DNA of 64,000 nucleotides from Trichosphaerium sp. ATCC 40318 (GCA_038496445.1 JALMLS010000504.1:1-64000), one strand, 5' to 3'; positions 36,211 to 48,793 are shown, counted from the stretch's first letter. Notes: generated by a model from the sequence alone, not told the origin. Numbers and translations: made by a program.

Positions 36211-39200
36211 TTAAGGCCTCTTACACCAATCTGGAAATTTGTGGGTATTTCTAAGGAGAAAAACAGTAAGTCCAAGAAATAGAGGCTAAGGGGTACAAGA
36301 AATATGGATTTCAAGTTAAAAAAATAACCACAACTTACTCTGGTACAAGTGATGCCCTATCTCTAGCAACTTGAGTTTCCATTTCTTGGGCATAAGCTGC
36401 AATAGCTGCAGTAAGTGATGCTTGTCTTGTTTTATCCTGGAAGAACTACGTCAGAAAAACAGGTAAAAGACAAAAACAATTAATTGTTTTTTTGATTCGA
36501 AAATTTGCCTTAAGGACAGGTGTCTCATGACCATCTAGTGTAAGGTCGTGAGGTGTTTTTTCTCAGGCTGAAATTTGATTTCCGGGAAGACGGAAGTACG
36601 ATGTAGTTAACTACTTAACAAAGACCAAGGAGTGTCTGCCGGATCAAAAAAAAAAAAAAAAAAAAAGAAAAAAAGCTTTTTTTCAACGTACCCATTTTAT
36701 GATCCACGTGATCTCTTTAAGATCATAGTCAATCATATACATATTATCTTTAATAGTGAGAAGCCATTTATCATATTCTTGAGGAGAATATGTCACCGGA
36801 TCACCACCAACAAGACGAATAACAGTCTTTGATGTTTCGTCCCATTTTTGATCATGTTTCAAGTTTTCTCCGACCTTACCGTTATCAGATTTTATAATAC
36901 CCAAGAAAGAGAATCCTGATTGTTTCTTAACCCAATCCTCATCGTATTTACCAGAGAAGCACTTATCATAATAAGTAGTTACTACAAAGAGTTAAAAAAT
37001 GAACCGAAAGCAAAACAAGAAAAAAGAAGGAAAAAAGTTTTTTTGTTTTTACAACACTTACTTTCTCTCTTGCCACCCATTATTGCTGTTTCAACGTAAT
37101 GGGTACCGAATGTCTGTAAGAATTCAAAATATTGTGGTTTTGTATTAGCATCAAAAGTAGGAGGTAAGAGATCAACACCTAGAAATAAAACGTCAAAAAC
37201 AAAAAAGGAAACAAAGTTCATTGTGGCGTACTCCTTTTAAACCATGGATGAGGCTTAGGTCTGTAGTCCATAATGTCTAATTTAATCCATGAGATAACAG
37301 TCTCATTCAATACTAGTTGTTGATTCTTCTCAAAGTAGTTCTCTTGGAACTTGTATGATTGCTTTGATGATTTACCAAATCCAAGGAATCCCTTCTTTTT
37401 CTTTTTTTTATACTTTTGTGATGCAAACTGATCAACATTTGTAATGACTTGCTCAAAGTTAAGGTTTGAGCTAGAGAAAAAACAAAAAATCAGCGAAAGA
37501 AGACTCAAGAAAGCACAATCGGGTGAAGAGCAAAAAAAAAATTGAAAAAAAAAAAAGTTACAAAAACGTCACCAAGGCAAGGCTTCTATTATGATTTTAC
37601 GAATAGAATACCATCCAAAAGAAAATATAAAATATTAAATAAAATTTGTAACATTTTGTCACGTGATAAATCGGATTGCATAAAATAAAGTCTAGGTGAA
37701 AAAAAATAAAACGCACTTTGAGTTTTTGTTTGAACAGAACATTTGATCAGGCACTCTGTATCTTAGACTTCTGTACAGTGGATTAATCCATTGAGCTTCT
37801 TCATCTTCCCAATGCTCATAAGTAACTTCAATGATAGGCATAGCAGTAGGTTCAGCTGTAGCTGCATCGAAACCACGTCTAGTAAAAACGTAAAATTAGG
37901 AAAAAAGTAAGAAAAATATTTTGTTACCCAACATAAGCTTCACCAGGTACTGGTGCAAGGCTCATGAATTGAGCGCGTGTTATTCCTTCAGTAGACTCTA
38001 TAGAGCGCTTTGAACTGACAACATCTGAAGTTTCAACGTCAATAACGTTTTCAACTGCATTAGGCTTCTCAATATTTGAGTTTAGTGCTGAGTCATGGTC
38101 AATAAACGTGTTATAATCTTCGTAATCTGGTGCATTCATAATACTCCGTTTGTTCGAACCAGCTATAGGAAAAACGCGCGTAAGAAATAAGTTTGACTTT
38201 TTTTGTGGCAAAATTGTGGTGTACACGTACTTGCTAGGTATTTAGCGATAAAAGCAGCAATTGAGTTCCTTTGAGCACCTGCAGGTACGAGGGTAGATAT
38301 TGGTACTAAAGTTGGGCGAAGCATGACAGGTTTGTTCTTAATTGACCTCGTAACCTTTTCTCTAAAGAGGTAATAAACTGTTAGCACAAGTAAAAGAAGA
38401 TAAAAATAAAGTAATTACTTCTTCCAGAATTTGGCGTCTGTGTCCCAATTCTCCCAAACGATATCTAATTTAGTCTTCTTAAGGAAGGAATTATTGATAG
38501 CTGTCTTGCTAGAGTTTTTGCCGGATCTGAAGCCGAATCCATAATCTACAAAAAGAAAAAAACACTGATTAACGCCTAAAACAAGCAAGAATACACTGAA
38601 AACGCCAACAAACTTGCTTTTTTTTCGTGTAGAAAAGTATCGTCTACGCACCTAAGATTTTGAAGTAAAAGGACACTTGATTCTGAACCCAACTCATAGT
38701 GTACTCTTTAATCACTTCGCGTTTAACACTAAGCAAGTACGTTGCTTGGCCTCCGAAAAATGCTTTAGAAGCATAATGTGTTCCCCATCCGTCTATGAAG
38801 TCTTGGCAGCGATTACGCGTTACCATATTAGCTTCACAGTTCGCTGGAAGCCCTTGTACGGCTTTATTAAACATCCACGTAGAGCCATCATCATATGTGT
38901 GATGTGGCCACATATTTAATTCTAAATAGCTTTACATCAGTTTCGAGACGCCAAGGGAACAGAATAACAACAAAAAAAGCGAAGATTGTTTTTTCTTATT
39001 GTTATCTCGTTTTCAACTTGCTAACACGCACTGTACAACCCAATAGATCTTCTTGAAATATATACTGTATCCTTTGCGCTGGATAAAATATCCTTGACCT
39101 TCACAGCAGTTTTACTTGATCCAAAGCCTGCAAAAAAAATACCTAATGAACGTGTTAACGCGTTCATAAATTTCTATGTTTTTTGGTTGTTGAATCTCGT

Positions 39201-39666
39201 CATTCATTTGTGTCTTGAACGGAAAATCTGTACCGATAGAGAATGAAGACCACTTCTTTTGAAAGTTATGGAACTCCTCCATTGTCTCAACTTTTGAGTC
39301 GGAATCAACAAAGTTTGCTTCTGGCGTGCTGACGACCTGGTGTAGACCTGTTACGCGCAATAATGTCATATAATGTGTTTATACCTCAACTTGATCAGGT
39401 ACAGCGTATGTTTTACCCTCGAAAGGATTATGCCAAGTTTTACCCTTTTTATACGTCATAAAAGCCACAGGGACTAGTTTTCATTAGAAAAACCATACAA
39501 TTTATAATTACGCCGTACGCTTCTTTAACGAAGTTTTAGCGTCGTATCCAGCTGCTACACCAAAGGACGCAATTGCTTGTACGCCCCTAACACCTACTTT
39601 GCCCGGTTGAGCCAAGCAAATGGCAATACATGCTAGGCATACTAGCAAGTACGCTGCACTGTGCAT
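36211..39666 (-). CDS. Secreted tandem double-MACPF (perforin-like) protein, multi-exon
   Basis: Signal peptide MHSAAYLLVCLACIAICLA. Domain 1: AAGYDAKT...YAVPDQV...FIDGWGTHYASKAFFGG. Domain 2: VGRGFDAATAE...YRVPDQM...FLQTFGTHYVETAIMGG...IRLVGGDP..EYDKWLLTIKDN. Ends PENTHKFPDWCKRP*. Confidence 0.88.
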
Positions 39667-39801
39667 TGTAATGGGCTTTCGTTTGGTACTTTGCCGAATT
39701 TGTAAGACTTGACCAAATTAGGTCGCTTAGCGGAACATTCACAGTTTAAAACCCACTCCATACGCTTACAATACTATAACTCGTAGAGTTACACACCCTT
39801 A

Positions 39802-42800
39802 ATGATGCAGTCGCACTTTACTGTGCTAGCATTTTTATTTGTTTCAACACTATTTGTGTGTACTACAGCTATTCACTGTAGTAGCATCAACCTAGTTCCT
39901 GGCGCACAGCAGTTATTTTCTGGTTTTGATGTATACGCAGGGCCAAACAAATCAGCTCCAGCTTACCCCGGGTACACTGGCTATTCTTCCGGGTTATTGC
40001 CACTGTTCAAGTTTGAGGAATACTTTCGCCATCCACACGGTGGCCGTGAATTCTCCCCAGAGGGATATCCTTCTATGAGTACGCAAAATGCAATCAATTG
40101 GAATAATGTCAGCCGTTTACGCTTCTAACTTCGTACAGCTTGGTGCTTACCTGACGGCGTAGAGATTACACCCACCGTACGTTATATTAGATTGTACTTA
40201 GTTATGAGAACGCTAAATCTTATGGCTGTAGTCTAAAGCTATCGTTAAAGAATCTAACGATACCCTCAAAACATATGATGAGGTTAGAGAAGAATATTCA
40301 ACCGTATTTGCAATGCACGGTATGTGTCACATCAAAAGACAACAAAATAAGCGTAAGAGCATTGTATTGATTGTTTTAATTTAGCCAGCGTCGGATACAT
40401 GGGATTTGCCTTAGGTTACTCTACAGAGAGAACTCTTACTACAGCAAAGAGCCAGATAGAAGATTATCAAAAGGAAATGACTTTCCAATCGAAACGGTTA
40501 GTGGTTGGCGTTTTTTCTTGAAATTAAATGAAAAATCTGTTTTTTGAAATGAAATCAACTGGAATTCTTTGTTTCTCCGGAAGTTCCTCAAGAAATTAGC
40601 TTATACGTCTTCTAATACCTTTGTTTAGATTTGAAAATTATGAGCTAACTGCTTACCCTTTCTATGTTGATGCTTTCAGAATGTTACCTACATTTAAAGA
40701 TCAGCTATTATTGCTACCATTTATCATCAAAACACGTGCAGACCAAGAGGCATTTTTACTATTCTTCAACTATTACGGTACACATTACGTATACCAAGTT
40801 GTTATGGGTGGTCAAGCAGATGTACACACTTTTGTAGAGAAAGATTACGCACAGTCAAAGAGCTATGAGTACGTATAGAGGGAGATGGAACTTAAAACTT
40901 TTCTCAAATTTTTTTTTTCTTGACGATTTTTTTAACTTTCTTTTCAGGTTCATGCACGAACAAAATGGATTATCTTTCACTTATTCTGGATTCGGTGTAA
41001 CCTTCGCTGTAGGTGAAGGAAAAGGGTATGTCACAAGTGATTTTTATTCATCCATTTTTAAAACTATTTGAAAAGGCACGGTACAGTCGATAGAGACTTT
41101 CTGGAGCACTCTGAACGCAGGACATACTTCAGAGGAGGTGATCCACACTTTCAATTCCCACAAGAAGCAGATAAATGGGGGAAATCTACGCATGCTTTCC
41201 CAACACCTGTACGATACTCCTTAGGGTCTTTATACAGACTCCAACACGGGCTTCAACAACAACTTACTTTAAAAGGTACTTAATCCAAATTTATACAACG
41301 CTTTCCTGTTTTGGAATAGGAATTCCATTATTTCGTTGCTTGTACTCCTAATACTTACTTGCGTTCTTTTTAATAGCTGCTATTGAGTCATATGCACGTA
41401 CAGGTCTTCCTGCACTTACTCCAGCTGATCACATTGTTGACCCAAATGCAACGCCACCACCACTTCCAATGCATCTAAGAAGACTTCCAAAGGGTGGAGC
41501 AACCTTCCCACCACCTACAAACCCACCTACAACGGACCCACCTACAACACGTCCACCGACGACGCGTCCACCTACAACACGCCCTCCAACGACGCGTCCA
41601 CCTACAACACGTACTCCAACGACTCGTCCACCAACTACACGCCCTCCAACAACGAGACCACCAACACGTCCACCTACAGATGCACCAACTCTTCCGCCAA
41701 CCACAGAACCTCCAACACTTCCTGAGCTTCTTCCGCCACAAGATAGTACGCAAGCTGTACGTATGAGCTTGGCCAGTTGTTCTACTTCGGAGTCCTTTCT
41801 GTCAATGATAATTACAGGTATGTACCGACTTTGTTTTAGAGTTTTTGTTACTTCCATTAATTTGCCTCGTTGTGCTTATTATTTTTTCCTCTCTTTCTAG
41901 GTCGTGTGAATAACAGACTAGCTACATCTTTACAATCAGATGATGTAATCTTTATGGTGCCACCAGCTTGCTCTAAGCGTGCTACAAGTGTTGTTATTGT
42001 AGTAACTTTTGATCCTACAATTATCAATGTAAATCAAGCACAAGAAGTCCTTGTGTCTGTTGTTAATCAAGACGAAATGTACCTAGTAGGTGTAAGTGAC
42101 GCCTCACTAATAAGCAAGAGTACGTAGTAAACAATTTAGCGCAAAAACAAGACCAATCTCATTGACTTGCTATTAAGGTTCTTTGGATGATCCTGAAACT
42201 ACTGCTCCTGTAATCAGACCAGCTAAGACATTACCTGAAGCAGATACAACATCCTCTGATGGTAAACAAAGTCAAAGTAGTTCAGGAGATAACAATGATG
42301 AAACATCTCAAAGCGGCGATAAAACATCCTCTGATGCTAAACAGAGTAGTTCAGGAGATAACAACGATAAAACATCACAAAGTGATAAATCAACAAACTC
42401 TGGAAAGCCGGACGAAAATGGCGATTTCTTCAGCTCGACACCAAAAAACACTGGTAGTGAAGGTGATGCTGACTCAAATGCTTCCGACTCATCTTCTGCA
42501 CCATCCTCTTCTAATGGAAAAGGTGTAAGAGTTAATGGCGTTGCAAACAATACTCTAGGCTCAAGCGGCTCAGGAGGTTCGTAACAGTTAAAAAAAAACT
42601 GCCAAAATGAATCTTTTTTTTTTCCCTTTTTTTTCTTTCTTCTGTTTCTTCTGGTTGCTGATCTGTTTTTTTTTAGCTGCTAAGGCTGGTAGTGAGGCTG
42701 ATTCTAATAAGAATCAAAATTACTTGATTGGAGGTGTTGTAGGAGGATTAGTATTTGTAGCACTTGTTGTTATTGTTGCTGCTGTTGTTATTGTTGTTGT

Positions 42801-42909
42801 CATCAAAAAGAGCAAAAATAATAGTAATGATAATGAATACCACAAATACAAAGATTCTGATAATGATGATCAGAGACGTGGTAGTGAAATGTCTTCATTT
42901 GCTTCTTAA
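39802..42909 (+). CDS. Type I membrane-anchored MACPF (perforin-2/MPEG1-like topology) with Pro/Thr mucin stalk, Ser-rich region, TM helix and short cytoplasmic tail
   Basis: Signal peptide; LVPGAQQLFSGFDV; WCLPDGV; FLLFFNYYGTHYVYQVVMGG; YFRGGDP...DKWGKS..AFPTPVRYSL; (TTRPP)n; TM YLIGGVVGGLVFVALVVIVAAVVIVVVI then KKSK; stop at 42909. Confidence 0.88.
41505..41720 (+). repeat. 15-bp coding repeat (PPTTR)n
   Basis: ccacctacaacacgt / ccaccgacgacgcgt variants in tandem. Confidence 0.9.
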
Positions 42910-43477
42910 TTAAACGAAAAAAGGCAAAACAAAACACTTAAAAAAAACTATCTTAGATAGCAACTCTACCGCCTATCGTGTTGCTATTTTTTTTTGTATC
43001 TCTACAATAAACAAACAAAAATGAAATAAACCGTAATATGTCTCTTTATAACGGATTAACTATCCCTGCTTGAAGTACAATGTTGTTTTTCAGAGCTAAT
43101 GTTTTTATAAGAATGTAGTTGTTATTTTACGTTTATTAAGTTTAACGAATATCACGGCAAGAAAACTCTCTAAAACAATGCTACTGAAACAGCAATTAGT
43201 CAGCAAACTGATGACACTGTAGCAATACAGCATCTGGCTATGTACACAAGATTTTTTTAATGTGACAATAAAAAATTGTTTATTGTTTTTGTGTATTCTA
43301 AGAAAACAGTGAAGCGCGATGAAGAAGCAATGGTGGTTGTCAACAAGAATGTAGCCGTAGTATTAAATGTACATAAAAAACAGAGGAGAGTAAAAGAGGC
43401 ATAGTGTTACAACAATGTGAAAAACGCGAGTAAAGACGTAACCTTTGTTTATTGAACTACATAAGTAATTGTAGAAA

Positions 43478-44098
43478 TCACTGCGGAATACCCTTGAAAT
43501 TAAAGTCACAAAACGACTTTTTCCAGATTGAAGCACCGCATCTAAAGTAAGGTGCACTCTTCTTCTCTTGACATAGTGAATATTGAATGCCTTCAAAGTT
43601 TACACACCAACTACAGTTGCTGTAATCAGCGCATTCATCACATGTTTTGAATTTTGAGCAGTCTGGGTTTGTAGGCTTTATCTCCATACCCCAACATGGA
43701 CGTTTGTTGTCACTAGGGCAGAAAGATCCTGAGCATTGATTGATCCAGTTGCCAGCGACAGCGGTGAATGATACGGCTTCTGGTGGTGGCCAAGCAACTC
43801 TGTATACTACTTCGTTTATTCCACAAGATACACCCTTTGATGGTCTCACTTCATTCTGTCCTACTTCTTTGTTGTGTTTGTCTTTGAATGTTAACATGAA
43901 GGTAGGATCCGTTGAACATGAGTCACGTTTGAAGATTAGTCTTAGGTCCATGTAACCACTAAGATTGGTGCCATTTGGATTTATAGTACCAAATATTGTT
44001 TGAGTCTTTCGGTACTCACAAGTTGGTTTTGCGGAAGCAACATCAAGTGTTGTTATGTATAGAACAAAGAATACAGCTAAATATAGTTCCTTGTTCAT
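43478..44098 (-). CDS. Secreted Cys-rich protein with a PSI-like domain
   Basis: Signal peptide MNKELYLAVFFVLYITTLDVASA; CSKFKTCDECADYSNCSWC...C...C...W...C pattern. Additional 3' exons are possible. Confidence 0.7.
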   Translation of the reverse strand: MNKELYLAVFFVLYITTLDVASAKPTCEYRKTQTIFGTINPNGTNLSGYMDLRLIFKRDSCSTDPTFMLTFKDKHNKEVGQNEVRPSKGVSCGINEVVYRVAWPPPEAVSFTAVAGNWINQCSGSFCPSDNKRPCWGMEIKPTNPDCSKFKTCDECADYSNCSWCVNFEGIQYSLCQEKKSAPYFRCGASIWKKSFCDFNFKGIPQ

Positions 44099-44594
44099 TC
44101 TTATTTGTTATTGAAGAGATGACGCTGAGATGAGTTGTTGTTATTGTTGTTGAGGATTGAAATTTATGTTTCTATGCAACTCAGAAATTTGGTGCTTTTT
44201 CAGCGGAGAATCTTATTGCGGCCTGTTAAATGAATGGTTTATAAAAAAACAGGAAAACTCCGATTTTATTTAGATTGATTTTTACTAAAATACATCATAG
44301 TAGTTGATAGCGAAAAGATGATAATAAAATTCGAAAAATAAAGTCACAAGATTGCATGGTGCAACTTTTTTTCTCGGAGAAATTATCGAAAACTGCTTTT
44401 AACCTTGTTTCGAAAATGCACCATGCAATTTTGCAACGAAGTTTTCATAACGTTGAGGAAGCCAAAGTTACTAATTGCAAAGAATTCTTGTCAAGAACTA
44501 CTCTAGACGAACAGTTCTATCAACCTTTCTAGTTTGAGTGTTTCGATGGTTGCAGTTTTGAATGATGTGTGGTTTATTGGAGATGAGTTTGGAT

Positions 44595-45400
44595 TGTTTA
44601 ACCCGTCTTTTTATAAGCTCTTACATACTCAACTTCATACAGAAGGTAAAGTATCGAAAGGAGGTAGACCTAACCAGTTTGGCATAGTTTCTGAGTCGAA
44701 ATCCATAAACAAAGGTAATGAACAATAAACAAAAAATATAGGTTTCTCACGCGTGAAAGCATGTGTCATCGACGGTGTGTATTGGCTTGCCATCTATGTA
44801 TCTAAAGGTACATAATCAGTAACGTCAAGAAAAAAATAAGAGCGATAGAAACATACCAAGTAAGTTGTTCACTATCCCATTCAAGTCCGTAAACATGAAG
44901 CAAGTTTGTATGGCGCTTTAAAAGCTACAAAATAAAGTTGTGTTAGTTAACAAAAAAACAGTACCTGCGCTGTTCATTGGTTTCGCTTTAATCTCAAAGT
45001 AGCCATATACAGTGTTTACTTTAATTTGCACAGAAGTAGATGTATAGTCATGGTATCCACTTGGCTAAAATTACGTATAAACCAAACACATCAAGACAAA
45101 GGTAAGGTCAATCACAAAAATGTTAACTCTAGCAGCACGTAGATCAACCACCAAACCTATTCGACCTCAAACAATCCGGCTATTCTATTGTTTATTCGTG
45201 CCTAATTGGAGATAACATTCTACGTGGACCACTCACTCTCTTTTAGGACGTAACCTTCACTTCCGGGTAAAGTATTGAACAATGAGCGCATCTCTTCTGT
45301 ACCTTCCCATCTATATTCAACGGTTTGGCACCGAGGGCCAAAAGTGTTGATATACAGGCAATTGGATGCCTACAAACGAGAACTTAGCAACTACGAGAAT
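44595..45400 (-). pseudogene. Glycoside hydrolase family 16 pseudogene
   Basis: Fragments DYTSTSVQIKVNTVYGYFEIKAKPMNSAG, HVYGLEWDSEQLTW, YIDGKPIHTV, FMDFDSETMPNWLGLPP...EVEYVRAYKK; stops and frameshifts present, and no ExDxxE catalytic segment found. Confidence 0.65.
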
Positions 45401-45629
45401 CAACAAGCAGGTCCATTCAGCAAACACGGGGTTAGCACATTTTTTTAGGTGGTTTGAGTTGAAACGTGACTTGATAGTGCCACTCATTTGGGCTACTTCT
45501 ATAGATTTTCGAATTCTCTTTTATCTATCACACTGTAATATGTGTAATGAATATCCCTCACTTGTAAAACACGTGCTTGGAGAACGCCATTTCTCTAATC
45601 TTACAAAATTTTAACATTTGTTCCTACAA

Positions 45630-47240
45630 CCTAAGGTCAAGATAAACCAATGTAGAACGGCTGTGAAAAAGACTTCAGAAAAAAGCTTGATGCCTCGTCA
45701 CGTACGGGCCTTGCAATGGGAGGTTATAAGAACTGCAATTTATGTGTAAATAACACTTTAATGCCATAATATACAATACCATCATATTCATGACGACATC
45801 AGCATAGGGTTGGTGTTGTTTTATTTTTTTACTTTTTGCCAAAATTTTTTTCAAAACTGTTATTCTTTTTAACTTTCTTCTATTTTCCCACACGAAGAAC
45901 ACATTGTTTTACATGTATTATACCCACACCTGAATTGATATTTATCAAGAGAATCAGCTAACAGCAAAAATGTAGCAATAAGTACTCTACAAAAAAAAGT
46001 TAGCTATTTGTCCACGTGGACAACGCATTTGAAGAAAAAAAAAACGTCAAAAAGGTTTGAGTAAAAATACATCTTGCGTGAAAATGAGGCGATTCTTAAT
46101 ATTTTTCTTGCGCTCTGTTTTTGTTAAATAAGCATTAAGTACCCTACAAAAGGTGCTGTATAATATACTGTGATGACAAACAGTATGAGTGAAGAAAAGG
46201 TGATCCAATAAGGTATGTCCTAAAATAAATGTACAAATAAGTCAAAAATCACGTGACACCATTCCAAATCATGTGGTTGGTAGACTTTTTAAACAAACAA
46301 AAAAAGACCTTGATGTCAAAAACTATTAAACCTCACCTTCAACCTGTGGTAGACAGAGTACGATATGGGTAGTAAACATCGTGTTGTGTTTAGCATATAG
46401 TATCCAAGTAGAAATGTATCTTCGCAACAATGAGGAGAATAATATAACCTATTCTTTACAGTTAGATAACACATAAACTAGGATTTAAACCTAAACATAC
46501 AAAAGAACGCTGCTCCCTGAAGTAACTAATAAAAAAAGACGTCAGTTCGTTGTTGTTACAATCGCTCGGAGTACCAAACTGAATGATTTCTAAACCAAGA
46601 ACCCATGCATACACTGCACTGGCTAGAAGATCCTCAGCGTAATCATCTGTGCGATTTTGCTTCCGATAGCTTCGCGCTAGCCAAACAGCAAAAAGAACAA
46701 GGTATAGTTGACCTTGTTTTTTGATAATAGTTAGACAAGAAGCGAATAAAACCGATAGAGCCTTTAGGAATTCGCACCAACAACTATAGCAATGAGTCCG
46801 GACCAGAACAAGTGCTTAAAAGGAAAGAATTCTGCTTCTGCGATACAACTTTGAGCAAATAGCCAAGACGTTTTGTGATAAACCCATCCTTCTAAACACG
46901 TGCGTCAGAACGGTGTTTTAATTTAAATGATGGAAAAAAAAGAGGTCCCTCTTTCCATGTTTGTTGTCGGTTTTGGCCGTTACCTATATCTCGAATAACA
47001 ACGATGACAGGTGCTATAAAGAACACACATAGCCCAAAAGGAACAGCACCAATCGTAGCGAACGTAAAAAGTCTATTCTTCATTTTATGATTCCGAAGGC
47101 TTAAAAAACGTTTTAATATAACAATCAAGGAGTGTTGAATGCGTAATTCGCTGATACCTCAATATTTCGCGAAATATATACATGCCAAAGAGGTAAACCA
47201 GTGCTGTAAGAGCCACCACCATCATTACAGCTTGCATCAT
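45630..47240 (-). CDS. Multi-pass membrane protein of unknown family (possibly degenerate); boundaries uncertain
   Basis: Successive hydrophobic exons: FTFATIGAVPFGLCVFFIAPVIVVI, HLFWSGLIAIVV, LYLVLFAVWL, SAVYAWVLGLEIIQF, YWITFSSLILFVITVYY. Confidence 0.4.
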
Positions 47241-47546
47241 ACTGTGGTCTGTCCAAGAAGTTAGTTTTAACTCGTTTAATCATTTTGGGTTTTTTAAGGT
47301 TAATAATTCATAAAACGTGACGCTCACGTGCCACATGACTGTACATCAGCTAGTTCTGTATCCATTTTTGAAATAATTCGATATACTGATATTTTCTTGA
47401 TTATTACGCCTGTTTATGACACGTGGGGACGTTTATACAAGAAATATTTGTAAAACGTTTCGGGTTTGTGGCACAGATGAGGAGAAACACAAAAGAACGC
47501 TCCTCGTTGACTTAACTCATAAAAAACTTCAATCACGTGACGAGTA

Positions 47547-48793
47547 ATGGACTTCTTTGGCGTTTCAGTAGATCAGGCGCTAGCTTACTATTGCAAGAAC
47601 CATAACCAGAAGTTGTCCCAAATTAACGGCGAATCATTGTTAAAACAAGTTGAAGATGTTTTAAATACCTATAATGCAAGTCTCGTACAACAACTCGATC
47701 GAATACTTCTCAACCAAATGAACAGTAACGTGAAAATAAACAACGAGTCCTGTCTACGTTCTAAAGAACTTGATATGTCGACGCGCTCACCGAAAGAAAG
47801 ATTAAAGTGCGTTCCTTTTTTTTTTTTTCTGTCTAAACATGACATCTTCGTAGTGTGAAATTGATGTGTAGCGAACAAAATATCATCAACTTCCCGCCAG
47901 AGATTATTTCAAATATTCTGCAGTATACAGGCGCCAAGGATAGATTTTCTGTTGCTCAATCATGCCGTCTTATGGCTGATATCATTCATGATATTGTTGG
48001 ATACAAAAACGTTTATCTCAAACGGTTCGCAGATGTTCTAAAGATAAGACAGTACAAAGGTATTATGAACAATACTGTTGTTCAGATGGATGCCATGAAA
48101 GGCCATACGATATTTTCACTATTATCTGGGTGTTGTAAACTTAAGACATCAGAAAGTATTGTTAATGATAGTGATCTTCTAGAAATAGCAAGTGCAAACC
48201 AAGTTAGCTTTATTGATATTACTAAGTGCTATTATGTTACAGATAAAGGTATTAAAGCACTTTCTGGCGTACATACAATCAAACTTGGTGGTTGTAAGGT
48301 AACAGATGAAGGCATTAAAGCACTCAAAGGCGTATATGACATAAACCTTGCTTATACTGAAGTTACAGATGAAGGTGTTAAAGAACTCAAAGGGGTACAT
48401 GACATAAACCTTGCTTGTACTAGAGTTACAGACGAAGGACTTAAATATCTCAAAGGTGTAAATACTATCAACCTTGCTTATACTAGAGTTACAGATAAAG
48501 GCATCAAAGCGCTCAAAGGTGTATATGGCATAAACCTTACTTGTACTAGAGTTACAGATGAAGGTGTTAAAGAACTCAAAGGTGCACACACAATTAGCCT
48601 AAGGAATTGCATGAAAATAACAGATGAAGGGATCAAACCACTCAAAGGTGTATACAGCATTGACCTAACCAGCACCAAAGTTACAGATAAAGGATTGTTA
48701 GCACTCAAAGGCGTTCATACTATTACTCTCCGTTTTTGCAAAGTAACACGTGAGGCAATCAAACTCCTAGAAGCTGTCAGGGTAATTAAGTGA
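47547..48793 (+). CDS. N-terminal helical domain + F-box + LRR protein (paralog 2); one intron at about 47807-47853
   Basis: IINFPPEIISNILQY...VAQSC; LRRs VTDEGxKxLKGVxxINL; splice ttaaa|gtgcg...cgtag|tgtg joins ORFs 47547 and 47855 in frame. Confidence 0.85.

Noticed and set aside
41429-41857. Minus-strand (VVGGR)n and Trp/Cys/Arg-rich ORFs
   Set aside because: They are the antisense of the (PPTTR)n mucin stalk.
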